Source of the DNA: Myxococcota bacterium
GTDB lineage: Bacteria; Myxococcota_A; Polyangia; Nannocystales; Nannocystaceae
Direction of reading: 5' to 3'
Length of the DNA: 64,000 nt
Assembly (NCBI GenBank): GCA_039028615.1
Contig: JBCCHT010000027.1
Location: 32,001-96,000, forward strand
The translations under genes and the position numbers were made by a program. A model generated the notes under the pieces. The model worked only from the letters and a program-made list of their open reading frames with translations, did no database searches and was not told the origin of the DNA. Shown piece by piece: positions 43,798-54,390 of the stretch; position 1 is the first letter of the stretch; each line of letters opens with the position of its first letter.

Positions 43798-46776
43798 TCA
43801 TGCGGGAGAAGCCAGGTCGTCGAGCAAGCGGCGCATGGCGGCGGCTTCGTCGGCGTAAGCGTCGCCCAGCGCGAGCAGCTCGGCCAGGGCGACCTCGGCC
43901 ACCGGGCGCGCGGCTCGGTCTTCACCGACACCGTGGTGCGCGCGCGCCAACCATGCCCGGGTTCGCGCGAGCTCGACGGGATACGCGGCGTGGGTCTGAT
44001 GCAGGTCCAGCGCGCGACGAAGGGGCTCGATTCCGTCCGCGGGATTGCCCTCGCGGACCGCGAGCTCGCCCAGCGTCCGCAGCGGGAAGGCCAGGTCGAG
44101 GTGCTCGGGGGGCAGCCGCGCCTCGCGAGTCGACAGCGCGGCCCGAGCCAGCTGTCGCGCCTCGCCCAGGCGACCGGTCCGCACGAGCGCCTCGGCCAAG
44201 TTGCTGCGGTGAAGCGCGAGCACCAAGCTGTGCTCCGGCTCGAGCGGCTCGACGACGTGCACCGCTCGTCGGAACGCGGAGACGGCATCGTCGAAGCGAC
44301 CCTGCTCGAAGGCGACGGTGCCGAGCGCGGACAAGGGGATGATGCGCTCGCGGTGCCGCACGCCGAGCGCATGGCGAAACGCGAGGTCGGCCGCCTCGGC
44401 TCGACGGCGCGCGTCGTCCAGCCGCCCCTCGTTGACCGCGACCTGAGTGAGCGAGACCAGCGTGTGCCCGACGGCCGCGCTGTTCGGACCGTGGGCGCGG
44501 CGGTACTCGGCGAACGCTTGTTCGAGCCGAACCCGAGCCTCCACGATGCGGCCCTGCGCGAGCAGGTTGTTGCCCTCGGCCAGCGCAACCGCCCCTCGCG
44601 TCGACTGCTCCCACTGCCGCGGCGAGTCGTCGGAGGTATCACCGCGATCGAGCGCCGCCGCCTTGGCCAGAGCACCCGCCGCATCGTCGCTACGCGACAG
44701 CTCGGTCAGCACCCGCGCCAAGTTGCGCAGCACCGAGACTCGAGCCGGGTTCGCGCGCGGGCCCTCTCGCGTGTACAGAGCCTCGGCCGCCCGCAGGCTG
44801 ACCTCGGCCCCCAGCAGGTCGCCCTCGAGACGCTGCACCAGGCCGTGATGCGCCAGCAGACGCGCGGTGCGATGCAGCGACGGTCCCAGGCGGCGAAGCG
44901 TCGCGGCGTTCCGGCTCCAGACGCGACGCGCCAGCTTCGGGTCGACATCGAGATCGACGGCGAGCCGCACGAGATGACCCAGCACCTCGTCCTTGAGCCC
45001 GAGCTCACCGTGGGCCTCGGCCAGATCCACCGCTTCTTCGAGTGCATCGTGAGCGGCCTGGGTCTGAAAGTCCAAGGTCTCGAGCGTGCCGCGAGCGACG
45101 AGCACCTCGGCCACCAGCGGCTCGTAGCCCAGCGCATTGGCCTGCTCGAACGCGGCCTGGGCGTTGGTCCGCGCGGAGTCGAAGTCGCCGCGGATCGCCA
45201 TCTGCCGCACCTGCGCTACCCGGGCGCGGACCCGGGCGACGCGCGAGCGAATCGCGGGTGACGGAGGCATGAAGCCGCCCGCGGCGACGCCGGGCAACAA
45301 GCAATCGGAGGGGGCCGACAACTCGGCCAGGCCTTCGCCGACGGAAGCGGCATCGTCACCGCCTCGCGCCACGGCCACGACCTGCTCGCCGAGTCGATCG
45401 AGACACGCCACCCGCCGATCGAGCACCGCCACCGAGACCAGGCCGGTGATTCGAGTCGCTTCGCAGGCCTCCCGCCGCGCCTGCCCCCAGTCGTCGACGA
45501 AGGCCTGCATCACCGCGTTGCGCTCGCCGACCTGGTGCTCGCCGACGGCCTGCACCAGCGAGGCCTCCACCCCCTCGCACGGAGCCGGGCGCGACACGGG
45601 CTGCTCGCCGAGCATCGACACGCCCATGACGCTCATCGCCGCGACGGCCACCGCGGCGAGCCCCCAGCGCTTCCACCCCGTGTTCAGGGGTCGGCGCAGC
45701 TCGGCCAGCAACGCCGCCATGGTGGGGAAGCGATCGTCGGGTTCGAACGCGAGGCCGCGGGTCAACGCGCGTCGCAGGGCGCTGGGCACCCGCACGCCAT
45801 CGGGCACGCGCACCAAGACGCCATCGTGCACGGGCCCGGGAGGCCGCATGCCGTACAGCCCTTCGTACAGCGACACGCAGAAGCCGTACTGATCCGCGGC
45901 GGGCCGACAGGGCTCTCCCATGCGCTGCTCGGGGGCGAGGTACGCGGGGGTGCCGAGCACCGCCCGGCTCTGCGTCACCGACTCGGCCAGCCGAGAGCCG
46001 CTGCCCCACGCGCCCGAGGGGCTCGAGGTGCTGGCCCGCCCCGAGGCTTCGGTCGGGGCCGAGCCCTCGCCGCTCATGCTGGCGGGCTCGCCGACTTCAC
46101 GGGCGAGGCCGAAGTCGACCAGCCGCACGCGACCATCGTCGCCCATGATCACGTTGTCGGGCTTCACGTCGCGATGCACGAGGCCCTCGCCGTGCACCAG
46201 CTCGAGCGCTCGGCCGACGTCGATCCACGCCGCGAGCACCTCGGCCCATCCCGGCTCCTGCTTGGTGGTCCACTCCCGCATGGTGACCCCGGCGACCAAC
46301 TCCATCGCCAGGTAGACCTTCGCCTCGAAGCGACCCACCTCGAACACGGGCACGAGGTGGGGGTGCGAGAGCCGAGCCAGCGCCTGCGCCTCGCGAAGCA
46401 GGCGATGCTGAGCCGCGGGGTCTTCGGCCTTGCCCGGGTGCAAGAACTTCAGGGCCACCCGACGATCGAGCTCTTCGTCGTAGGCCGCGTACACGGTGCC
46501 CATGCCGCCCGACCCGAGCCGTCGCAGCACGGTGAAGCGATCGATGCGTGGTGCGCTCGGGGGACCACCTACGACCCAGTTGCGCAGGCGATCACGGGCG
46601 TGCCGCTCGAGCAGGTCGAGGTCGTCGCCCTCGGCCGCCGACACGGCCTCGCGAAGGTCGGAGGCCAGGGGCTGCTCCGCCTCGAGCTCCTCGTCTTCGA
46701 TGGTCTCCATCGATGACTCAGGATCCGGCACCTGTGGCGAGAGGTCCAGTGTCGGCGAGGCAGGCGCGAAGGACAT
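43798..46776 (-). CDS. Ser/Thr protein kinase with TM segment and C-terminal TPR repeats
   Basis: LGSGGMGTVY, VALK, VHRDVKPDN, DFGLAR, GTPAYLAPEQ, a TM helix and TPRs (GxxH...NLA). Start uncertain (ATG 46776). Confidence 0.92.
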   Translation of the reverse strand: MSFAPASPTLDLSPQVPDPESSMETIEDEELEAEQPLASDLREAVSAAEGDDLDLLERHARDRLRNWVVGGPPSAPRIDRFTVLRRLGSGGMGTVYAAYDEELDRRVALKFLHPGKAEDPAAQHRLLREAQALARLSHPHLVPVFEVGRFEAKVYLAMELVAGVTMREWTTKQEPGWAEVLAAWIDVGRALELVHGEGLVHRDVKPDNVIMGDDGRVRLVDFGLAREVGEPASMSGEGSAPTEASGRASTSSPSGAWGSGSRLAESVTQSRAVLGTPAYLAPEQRMGEPCRPAADQYGFCVSLYEGLYGMRPPGPVHDGVLVRVPDGVRVPSALRRALTRGLAFEPDDRFPTMAALLAELRRPLNTGWKRWGLAAVAVAAMSVMGVSMLGEQPVSRPAPCEGVEASLVQAVGEHQVGERNAVMQAFVDDWGQARREACEATRITGLVSVAVLDRRVACLDRLGEQVVAVARGGDDAASVGEGLAELSAPSDCLLPGVAAGGFMPPSPAIRSRVARVRARVAQVRQMAIRGDFDSARTNAQAAFEQANALGYEPLVAEVLVARGTLETLDFQTQAAHDALEEAVDLAEAHGELGLKDEVLGHLVRLAVDLDVDPKLARRVWSRNAATLRRLGPSLHRTARLLAHHGLVQRLEGDLLGAEVSLRAAEALYTREGPRANPARVSVLRNLARVLTELSRSDDAAGALAKAAALDRGDTSDDSPRQWEQSTRGAVALAEGNNLLAQGRIVEARVRLEQAFAEYRRAHGPNSAAVGHTLVSLTQVAVNEGRLDDARRRAEAADLAFRHALGVRHRERIIPLSALGTVAFEQGRFDDAVSAFRRAVHVVEPLEPEHSLVLALHRSNLAEALVRTGRLGEARQLARAALSTREARLPPEHLDLAFPLRTLGELAVREGNPADGIEPLRRALDLHQTHAAYPVELARTRAWLARAHHGVGEDRAARPVAEVALAELLALGDAYADEAAAMRRLLDDLASPA

Positions 46777-47022
46777 CGCCACGCTTGGGCGGTGCGCACC
46801 GGACCCGAGCTGATCACGCAAGGTCGAGAACGCGCTCCCAGCCGTGATTGGCGGGAGTTCAACGCCGCCCCGGATCGACCGAAATGCGGTGCAATCCACG
46901 CCCGCGAGCGGTCAGCGAGCGCGGTCGCGAGGCGGCTCGGCGTCGACAATTGCGAAGGGCTCGGCCCCCGGGGGGAGCACGAGCCCTCGTCGTTCACCTC
47001 GCCGCGGGGGCGAACGAGCCGC

Positions 47023-47736
47023 TCAGGCGCAGGTGCCGAACGTGGTGAGGTTGTCGCTGCTGCTCGCGCCCTGGCAGGTCGAGTCGAGGTCGACGTCGTA
47101 GATGCAGGACCGAGCGCCGCCGATGTAAATCTCGCCGCAGCCGCCCTCGCCCAAGATCTCGTCCTCGTCGCAGAGCACACAGAAGTTGGTGGCCGAGTCG
47201 CAGACGAAGCGGTCGTCGCAGAAGTACGAGCGGCAGAACTGGTCGCGGACGTCCTGGCCGATGAACTCCTCGCTGTCGGCGCGATAGGCCGTGGGCGTGT
47301 TGGGGTCGCTGTCGTCGCAGTAGCCCTGGTCGTTGACGGTGAGCCCGTCGTTGCAGTTGCCACTGACGGGCGGGCACCCGATGCTGCCCTGGCTGTTCTC
47401 GTCGCAGGACGAGTAGCGCGTGGTGACCGCGAAGTCGCTCAGCGCCGCCGCGTAGGGGTGCGCCGGATCGAGGTAGGATTCGGGGTTGCAGCCGACGTTG
47501 GGTCGGAAGTCGGCGACGCAGACCTTGTCGACCTGCGACGAGTCGAGGTCGATGTTGGCGTCGTCGAACTTGCAGACCGGGACGTAGCGGTTGTCGCCCG
47601 TCGGGTCGCACTCGTCGGCGGTGCCACACCGCTGCACGTCATCGCGCGGAGCGAAGATGACGGTGCAAGAGCTGCCCAGGAGGGTCAAGGCACCGAGCCC
47701 AAAAGCAATTGCGGCGGAAAGTCGCGACGTCGTCAT
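47023..47736 (-). CDS. Cys-rich hypothetical lipoprotein
   Basis: ATG at 47736, lipobox LGSSC, many Cys and acidic composition. Confidence 0.75.
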   Translation of the reverse strand: MTTSRLSAAIAFGLGALTLLGSSCTVIFAPRDDVQRCGTADECDPTGDNRYVPVCKFDDANIDLDSSQVDKVCVADFRPNVGCNPESYLDPAHPYAAALSDFAVTTRYSSCDENSQGSIGCPPVSGNCNDGLTVNDQGYCDDSDPNTPTAYRADSEEFIGQDVRDQFCRSYFCDDRFVCDSATNFCVLCDEDEILGEGGCGEIYIGGARSCIYDVDLDSTCQGASSSDNLTTFGTCA

Positions 47737-47741
47737 GGTCT

Positions 47742-49412
47742 TTAGAGGGTGTCCATCCCGGCTTGGATGGCCGCGGGCGAGCTTACGGAGCCGCTGTCGG
47801 GAGCGCAAGCGGGTAGCCTCACCTCGAAGGCGGTCCCGTCGGGGCCCGAGCGAGCGACCCGTACGCCGCCATCGTGATCCACCAGGATCTGCTGCACGGT
47901 GGGCAGGCCCAGGCCGGTGCCCTGTGCCTTGCTGGTATAAAAAGCCTCGAAAATGCGGTCGACCTCGGCCTCGTGCGGAATGCCCGGGCCGTTATCCCCA
48001 ACAACCACGAACACCTGGTCTTCCTTACACCGCATCTCGACGTCGATCCGCGGTTGGCGCTCGGGATCCCGCTCGGGATCGAGGACCGCCTCCTGGGCAT
48101 TGCGCACGAGGTTCATGAAGGCCTGGCGCAGCTGATTGGCGTCGCCCAGCACGGGCACGGGGCCCGAGGGCAGCTGGCGCTCCACGTCGATCCCGGCCAT
48201 CTCGAGCTCTGGCGCCATGAACTCCAGCAGATCCCGGAGCTCTTCGCGGAGATCGAGCTGGGACCGCTCGGGCTTGGGGCGGCGAGCGAACGACAGGTAG
48301 TCCTCGGTCACCGCGGTGAGACGATCGACCTCCCGGGTGATGACCGCCAACAGCTCGCGACTCTCGGGGCTGGCCTCGGATAGCTCGTCGCCCAACAGCT
48401 CGGCATTGAGGGCCACGCTCGACAGAGGGTTGCGGATCTCGTGGGTGATCTGGGCGGCGAGCTGCCCGGCGGCGGCGAGTCGCTCGCCCCGCAACAGCCG
48501 TCGCTCGCGTTCCTCGAGCGCGCCCGCCATATGGTTGAACTCGTGGGCGAGTCGGCTGACCTCGTCCTCGCGACCGGGACCCGAGCCCTCCACCCGCTGA
48601 GACCAGTCACCACCGCTGAGCTTGCGCACGCCCTCGGTCAGCCGACGCAGGGGACGTAAGGTGAGAAACACCCCGACCGCGGCCAGGGCTCCCAATGCCG
48701 ACACCAGCAGCGTGAAGCCGAGGGTGAGGGTCTCCGCTCGGTCCTGAGCGTCGGCCACTTCCTCGCGCAGCTGCTCGATCGCCCGGTTGCTCTTCTTGGC
48801 CAGGACCTTGAACAGCGACTCGATCTGGTTTTGCGTGCGAACGTCCTGGAGCACCGCGGGCACGTCGACGATCTCGTCGAGCGTGGCCAGGTTTCGCAGC
48901 TCTTCGAGCGAGCCTCGGATGCCCCGCAAGGTCTCGACGGACTCGGTCTCACCGAAGGGACCGGGATCCTCCAACGCCTCGTCGATGACCGCCAAGGCCT
49001 CGCCGATATCTCGATTTCGCGCAGAGAGCGCAGTGCGGAAATTTGCCTCAAATACCGGTGTGGGGTCCGCTTCGGCGTGCTGCCAGTTCTGCACCTGAAT
49101 CCCGACCCGCTGGGCCTGAACATGGGCCTCGGCCAGCCGTTGGTTGAACACGACGTAGACCTCGACGAGTCGATCGAAGCCCCGCTGCAAGGTCCGAAGC
49201 TGGACGACCGCGACCACGGCCGAAGCACCCGCGGCCATCAATACCAACACGACCAGCGCGGTGATTCGTGCGGCCAAACTGTGCCGTAGCCGGGGGCCCC
49301 CGGCCGGTCGTGGGTCCGCAGACGAAGCCGAACTGCCCTCGATCGATGCGGGGAACTCCGAGGACAGCAGATCGGGCCCCTGGCCCCCAGACGAGCGCGT
49401 CACGTCTTCCAA
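47742..49412 (-). CDS. Membrane sensor histidine kinase (HAMP, HisKA, HATPase)
   Basis: Two TM segments, HAMP (RPLRRL...DEVSRLAHEFN), HEIRNPL, QAFMNLVRNA, DNGPGI and GTGLGL. Start uncertain. Confidence 0.92.
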   Translation of the reverse strand: MEDVTRSSGGQGPDLLSSEFPASIEGSSASSADPRPAGGPRLRHSLAARITALVVLVLMAAGASAVVAVVQLRTLQRGFDRLVEVYVVFNQRLAEAHVQAQRVGIQVQNWQHAEADPTPVFEANFRTALSARNRDIGEALAVIDEALEDPGPFGETESVETLRGIRGSLEELRNLATLDEIVDVPAVLQDVRTQNQIESLFKVLAKKSNRAIEQLREEVADAQDRAETLTLGFTLLVSALGALAAVGVFLTLRPLRRLTEGVRKLSGGDWSQRVEGSGPGREDEVSRLAHEFNHMAGALEERERRLLRGERLAAAGQLAAQITHEIRNPLSSVALNAELLGDELSEASPESRELLAVITREVDRLTAVTEDYLSFARRPKPERSQLDLREELRDLLEFMAPELEMAGIDVERQLPSGPVPVLGDANQLRQAFMNLVRNAQEAVLDPERDPERQPRIDVEMRCKEDQVFVVVGDNGPGIPHEAEVDRIFEAFYTSKAQGTGLGLPTVQQILVDHDGGVRVARSGPDGTAFEVRLPACAPDSGSVSSPAAIQAGMDTL

Positions 49413-49492
49413 TTTTGCCTTCCCAGCACCGGGCTCGCCATGCCAACGTGATGTCCGTACCGGGGCCAGCGCGGCTCCCCGATACCCCCATC

Positions 49493-50683
49493 ATGGCGAG
49501 GATCTCCCGAGACCAGCAACCGCGAGCGACTCGCGCTCGTAAGGCCACGACCCGGATGCTCTCGTCGAGCTTGGCCGCCATGATGGCGACCACCGTGATG
49601 GGCACCTCGACGCCCGTCACCGCCGCCGAGGCGCTCCAGCTCACGACGCTCCGCGCGGAGCCCGAGGCAGCCCCGGCCAGCGTGCTCGGCCTCGACTCCG
49701 ACGACGCCAAGGTCGGCAGCGCCCTGACCCTGGCCCTGCGCGATGCCTTCGCCAACCGGGGCATCGGCGGCGGCGAAGAGATCAGCCTCGAAGAGATGCG
49801 CCTGGTCATGGGCTGCGACAACGACGGCGCCGACTGCCTCGCGCAGGGTGGCAAGAACCTCGGGGTCAGCCGGCTCATCTTCGGCTACCTGCGGGGCACG
49901 GGCGGCGGCAAGTTCCAGCTCATCATCCAGATCCTCGACACCGAGACCGGTGCCCTCGAGTCCGATGCCACGGTCGACCTGACCTCCGAGCAGCTGACCG
50001 ACGCCAACATCTACGACACCGCGGTCGAGATCGTCGAAACGCTGCTCCCCAGCAAGACCGAGGACGATACGCCCGCCGTGCCCACCCCGGGTCCCGCGGA
50101 CGGCGAGGGCGATGAGGAAGAAGAACCCGGCGGCCAAGGCGGCATCTACTTCGGCCTCGAGAAGCCGACTCCCACCTGGAAGTGGGCGGGCTTCGGCTCC
50201 TCGCTGGCCCTGACCGTGATCGCTGGTGGCGCCACCGTCGGCATGGGCCTGTGGCTGACCCGACCGAACTTCGGCTTCCGGCCGCAGCTGCTCGAGGCGG
50301 CCGAGGCCAGCCTCACCGACAGCAGCTCGCTCAACGACGTCGATCCCAGCCTGCCCGAGATGGTCGACCTGTGTGATTTCGCCCGCTCGCGCCCGGTCGA
50401 CGCCAACGGCGTGCCCCTGGGTCAGCCGGGTCAGGTCCGCAACAGCGCGGTCGTGGCCGTGTGCAACCGGGGCGAAGACGTCCGACGGGTGCAGCTCATC
50501 ACCGGGATCGGCACCGCGGTGTTCGGCGTAGCCACCCTCGCCTTCACCGGCCTGCTGCTCATCCACAAGAAGAAGCCGACCGCCGACGCCATGCTGCGTC
50601 ACGGGGTCGGCCTGGGCCTGGCGCCCACCACCCTCGACGGAGGCTCCCGTGGGCTCTCCATCGCGGGCAGCATGAAGTTCTAG
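49493..50683 (+). CDS. Hypothetical exported/membrane protein of myxobacterial type
   Basis: Signal-like N-terminus, a GCDNDGADCL disulfide motif, two C-terminal hydrophobic helices and a terminal F. Start uncertain. Confidence 0.7.
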   Translation: MARISRDQQPRATRARKATTRMLSSSLAAMMATTVMGTSTPVTAAEALQLTTLRAEPEAAPASVLGLDSDDAKVGSALTLALRDAFANRGIGGGEEISLEEMRLVMGCDNDGADCLAQGGKNLGVSRLIFGYLRGTGGGKFQLIIQILDTETGALESDATVDLTSEQLTDANIYDTAVEIVETLLPSKTEDDTPAVPTPGPADGEGDEEEEPGGQGGIYFGLEKPTPTWKWAGFGSSLALTVIAGGATVGMGLWLTRPNFGFRPQLLEAAEASLTDSSSLNDVDPSLPEMVDLCDFARSRPVDANGVPLGQPGQVRNSAVVAVCNRGEDVRRVQLITGIGTAVFGVATLAFTGLLLIHKKKPTADAMLRHGVGLGLAPTTLDGGSRGLSIAGSMKF

Positions 50684-50744
50684 GCCTCGGCCCGAGCTTT
50701 GCGGGCCGCCTGCCCCTCGTGCGTAGAGCCGGCTGACCACGGAC

Positions 50745-51668
50745 TCAGCCGCGGGTCTTCGCGTCGTTGGGGGCGGCAGCGGGCGCGACCTGAGCGGACT
50801 TGGGCGGAGCCTCGAGCTCGGCCCCCGCGTCCGCCTCGGCTTTGGCGTCGTCGTCTGGATCGGCGTCCTCGGCCGAGGACGGGACCTCGAGGCCGCTGCC
50901 GCCGACCTCGTCGCTGGCCATCCCGACGACGACTTCGAGGTAGTGCTCCTCTTCGTCCATGCCCTCGGGAGGCTCGATGGTCTTGGCCTCGAACGAGCGC
51001 CACGCGGACTCGCCTTCGAACTCCAGGCGCTCGAGCCCGCCGCGGAGCGTCTCGAGCTCGTGCTGATAGGGCGAGCGCACCACGAAGCGGCATCGCACGG
51101 TGCGGCACTTGGTGGAGGCGAGCACCGTGCGGGGCTCCTCGGGCGCGCCTTCGAATACGGCTCGGCGCGCGACGACCATGGCCCGGTTGATGAGCGCCTG
51201 GTTGCGGCGCGCCCACGGGGCCCGGATCGGCTCGTCGTCGAAGGGGGTCTCGGCGAACTGCGTCCACGCCTCGTCGAGCTGCTCGGCGCTGCGCGGGGCG
51301 TGGCGGTTCTTGGCGCGGCGGTCTCGGCCCGCCTTGCCCGTCTTGGCCGATCGCTTGTTCTTCTTCTTTTTCCTCTTCTTGCTGCCCTGGTCGTTCGGCG
51401 ACTCGAGGATCTTGTCGGGCACGTTGAGCTTCCAGTGCACGCCCACCGCCCCGGCCGCCAGCAAGGGCGGCAAGATCAGCTGGCCCACGCGGTACCAACG
51501 AGGGCGCCGAGCAGCGGCCGGGCTCGCCTCGGACGACGCAGCATCGTCTTCGCTCGCGCCGGTCTCGTCGGCCGCGGCCGCGGCCGCGTCGTCACCGTCT
51601 TCGGCCGGAGAAGGGTTGTCGGTCTCCGCCTGCGGCGGGCGTTCCTGCTCGTCGTCCTCGTGACTCAC
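50745..51668 (-). CDS. Hypothetical single-pass membrane protein
   Basis: Acidic N-terminus, one TM, a Lys-rich stretch and a KCRTVRC motif. GTGA-coupled to the upstream gene. Confidence 0.65.
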   Translation of the reverse strand: MSHEDDEQERPPQAETDNPSPAEDGDDAAAAAADETGASEDDAASSEASPAAARRPRWYRVGQLILPPLLAAGAVGVHWKLNVPDKILESPNDQGSKKRKKKKNKRSAKTGKAGRDRRAKNRHAPRSAEQLDEAWTQFAETPFDDEPIRAPWARRNQALINRAMVVARRAVFEGAPEEPRTVLASTKCRTVRCRFVVRSPYQHELETLRGGLERLEFEGESAWRSFEAKTIEPPEGMDEEEHYLEVVVGMASDEVGGSGLEVPSSAEDADPDDDAKAEADAGAELEAPPKSAQVAPAAAPNDAKTRG

Positions 51669-52105
51669 GGCGCGCTCATGGGGCCTCGGGGCAGCGGCAG
51701 GTGAACCAGCCAGGCCCCGTCTTCATTGACTAACTCCAGCGAGACGACGGTTCCGTCGGCCCCCGTCAGAAGCACCGTGGCTCGCTGGTCATCGTTATTC
51801 CCGAGCTCGACGCTCGCGACTTGGAATCGCGGGTCGACCTCGACCACCTGGAGCATCTCTTCCGGCTCGATGTTGCGGCGGCCACCGACCTGGTCGCTGG
51901 CGCGCTCGGCCGCGTGTTGCACCCGGGCTCGAGTCTGTCGGTCGACCATCTCCAGAACCTGGTCGACATCGCCGTAACGTGCGGCCGCAGCAAACTGTCG
52001 GGCCACGCGAACCGGCGCCGGTTCGTCCTTGGCACAGCCCGAGCCCAGCCCGAGCGACAGCACCCCTCCCACGATGAAGGGGTAGCTCCAGCGCTTCGAG
52101 ATCAT
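51665..52105 (-). CDS. Hypothetical lipoprotein (NTF2-like fold possible)
   Basis: ATG at 52105 overlaps the upstream stop. Lipobox LGSGC and C-terminal LELVNEDGAWLV. Confidence 0.7.
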   Translation of the reverse strand: MISKRWSYPFIVGGVLSLGLGSGCAKDEPAPVRVARQFAAAARYGDVDQVLEMVDRQTRARVQHAAERASDQVGGRRNIEPEEMLQVVEVDPRFQVASVELGNNDDQRATVLLTGADGTVVSLELVNEDGAWLVHLPLPRGPMSAP

Positions 52106-53526
52106 CCCGCCTCTTCGCGCGACTTGTGCATGCCGAGCCGCTTGAGCAGCTCTCGCAGGTAGTAGCGGGTGATGCCCGCTTCGGCCGCCGCACGGCTGAG
52201 GTTGTTGTCGGTCTTGGCGAGCAGGCGCTTGAAGTACGCGCGCTCGAAGCCGTCGACCATGACCTGCTTGGCCTCTTTGAAGGGAGTCTCGAGCAGCGCC
52301 GGATCGTAGCCGCCCTGACCGCCGCCCTCTTTTTGGCCGGTGGTGATGGGTCGCTCTTCGCGACGACCCAGGTGCAGATCGCTGGGCTCGATGATCCCGT
52401 TGCGGCACAGGTGGGCCGCCCGCTGGATCACGTTCTTGAGCTGACGGACGTTGCCCGGGAACTTCTCGTTCTGCAGCGCCTCACGGGCTGCGTCGTGGAA
52501 GGTGGGTCGCTGCAGCGCGCCGTTCATGGTGCGCACCAGCTCGTCGAGGAAACGATCGGCCAGCATCACGACGTCTTCGCCGCGTACCCGCAAGGGCGGC
52601 ATGTCGACGGACATCACCGAGAGGCGGAAGTACAGGTCCTCGCGGAACGAGCCCTGGCCGACCATCATTCGCAGGTCGCGGTGCGTGGCGGCGACCACCC
52701 GCACGTCGACCTTCCGCATGTTGCTCTCGCCGATGCGCTGGACCTCGCGGCGGTCGAGCACGCGCAGCAGCTTGGGCTGCAGCTCGAGCGGCAGCTCGCC
52801 GATCTCGTCGAGGAAGAGCGTGCCGCCGTCGGCCTCTTCGAAGCAGCCGGGGCGATCGTTGACCGCGCCGGTGAAGGAGCCCTTCTTGTGGCCGAGGATC
52901 GCGGCCTCGGCCAGCTCGCGGGGGAGCGAGCCGCAGTCGAGCACCACGAAGGGACCCTTCTGACGGGTCGACTCGTCGTGCAGCGCTCGGGCCACGAGTT
53001 CCTTGCCGGTACCCGTCTCACCGCCGATGAGAACGCTCATCTCGGTGGGGGCCACCCGCTCGAGCGTGGCGAACACCTCGCGCATGGCGGGGCTGCGCCC
53101 ATAGAGCGCGCCGAAGTGGTCCTCGCCGGAGATCGGGATCTGAACCTCGTCGGCGGACGACAGCTCGATCTCGGTCTTGCCGAGCTTGATGACCATGCCC
53201 GGCTCGATCCACGCCGACACGACGCGGATGCCACCGATGAAGCTTCCGTTGGTGCTGCCCAGATCGTGCAGCTGCACCCCGTCGTCCCCGATCACGATCT
53301 CGGCGTGAGTGCCGCTGATCGACGAGTCGGTGAGGACCAAGTCGTTGACCGCGCTCCGCCCGATGGTGATGCGCGAGCGCGCCACCGTGCTCTGCGAGCC
53401 GACGTCCGGGCCAGACTTGACGCGGAGTCGCACACGGCGAAGCTGACGATGCGTGGCCTCGGGGGCGAAGAAGGTCGTCGTCAGCGACGTCGCCGTCTCC
53501 CCTGGGTCTTGCTCCTCGATCGACAC
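52102..53526 (-). CDS. FHA-domain sigma-54-dependent transcriptional activator
   Basis: FHA (IGRS...SGTH...DLGSTNG), GETGTGKE, GSFTGA, FLDEIGE, FPGNVRQL and a C-terminal HTH. GTG at 53526. Confidence 0.92.
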   Translation of the reverse strand: MSIEEQDPGETATSLTTTFFAPEATHRQLRRVRLRVKSGPDVGSQSTVARSRITIGRSAVNDLVLTDSSISGTHAEIVIGDDGVQLHDLGSTNGSFIGGIRVVSAWIEPGMVIKLGKTEIELSSADEVQIPISGEDHFGALYGRSPAMREVFATLERVAPTEMSVLIGGETGTGKELVARALHDESTRQKGPFVVLDCGSLPRELAEAAILGHKKGSFTGAVNDRPGCFEEADGGTLFLDEIGELPLELQPKLLRVLDRREVQRIGESNMRKVDVRVVAATHRDLRMMVGQGSFREDLYFRLSVMSVDMPPLRVRGEDVVMLADRFLDELVRTMNGALQRPTFHDAAREALQNEKFPGNVRQLKNVIQRAAHLCRNGIIEPSDLHLGRREERPITTGQKEGGGQGGYDPALLETPFKEAKQVMVDGFERAYFKRLLAKTDNNLSRAAAEAGITRYYLRELLKRLGMHKSREEAG

Positions 53527-53552
53527 GTTTGCGTTTACTGGGCGTTGGGGGG

Positions 53553-54251
53553 TCAGTTGAGCAGCTCGTCGTCGGGCCGAATCACCCGAAGGTGCGCGGG
53601 CCGCTTCCCTCGCTTGCGCCCCCCGAGCTTGCCCGACTTCCTCAATCGACGCCAGGGCTGGGTCACCACGAGCAACGCCGTCAGTGCAGCCACCACGTTG
53701 GGCACCACGATCGGCCAGGGCGCCCCCCGAAGCACCGGGGAGATCACCGACAGGACCACGATGAAGATCGCGAGTCCGCGCCCCGAGACGGTCAGCACGC
53801 CCCCGAGCGCGAGCGGTTTCTTGCCCATGAACGCGCCGAAAGCCACCACCGCCGCCAGGTCCATGGGGGTCGAGCCACCCACCGGGGTGGAGGCCACCGC
53901 GGGGACACCGAGCGCGAGCAGCACCGAGGCCACATAGCCCGCGACGCCGCACCCGATGACCAGCGTGAGGTATTTGCGGGTTCCCCAGTAGTCCTCGAGG
54001 GTCCCGGCCAAAAACCACTGGACCATCAGCGTGCCGAACAGCAGCGCCACCTGGCCATCGGGGAAGATCGCGTTGGCAGTCAGGGGCTGCCACAGCCCCT
54101 GCCCGCCCGTGACCCCGCCCGGGTTCAGCACCAGGTGCTGAGCAATCGGCTGGTCGGTCAGCATGACCGTGGTCAGCACCGTGACGAGGAACAGGCCAAA
54201 GGCCCCGCGGCGAAACCGGGGGAGCCGCGATAGCAGGGGGTTGTTGGCCAC
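53553..54251 (-). CDS. Rhomboid-like membrane protein (probably catalytically degenerate)
   Basis: LWQPLT, LE..WGTRKYL and about six TM segments. No clear GxSG/His dyad (GGST). Start uncertain. Confidence 0.65.
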   Translation of the reverse strand: MANNPLLSRLPRFRRGAFGLFLVTVLTTVMLTDQPIAQHLVLNPGGVTGGQGLWQPLTANAIFPDGQVALLFGTLMVQWFLAGTLEDYWGTRKYLTLVIGCGVAGYVASVLLALGVPAVASTPVGGSTPMDLAAVVAFGAFMGKKPLALGGVLTVSGRGLAIFIVVLSVISPVLRGAPWPIVVPNVVAALTALLVVTQPWRRLRKSGKLGGRKRGKRPAHLRVIRPDDELLN

Positions 54252-54390
54252 CGCCGGGCAGTCTAGCAGCCCTGCGCTCCGATCGACCGGAACGCTCGCT
54301 TCCGCGCGCACACCGCCATCACGTAGGTGAATGTAGGCAAGTTCGTCGATTTTTTGCTCGGAGCCCGCCGGTCCGGGCACGTGTGGAGGC

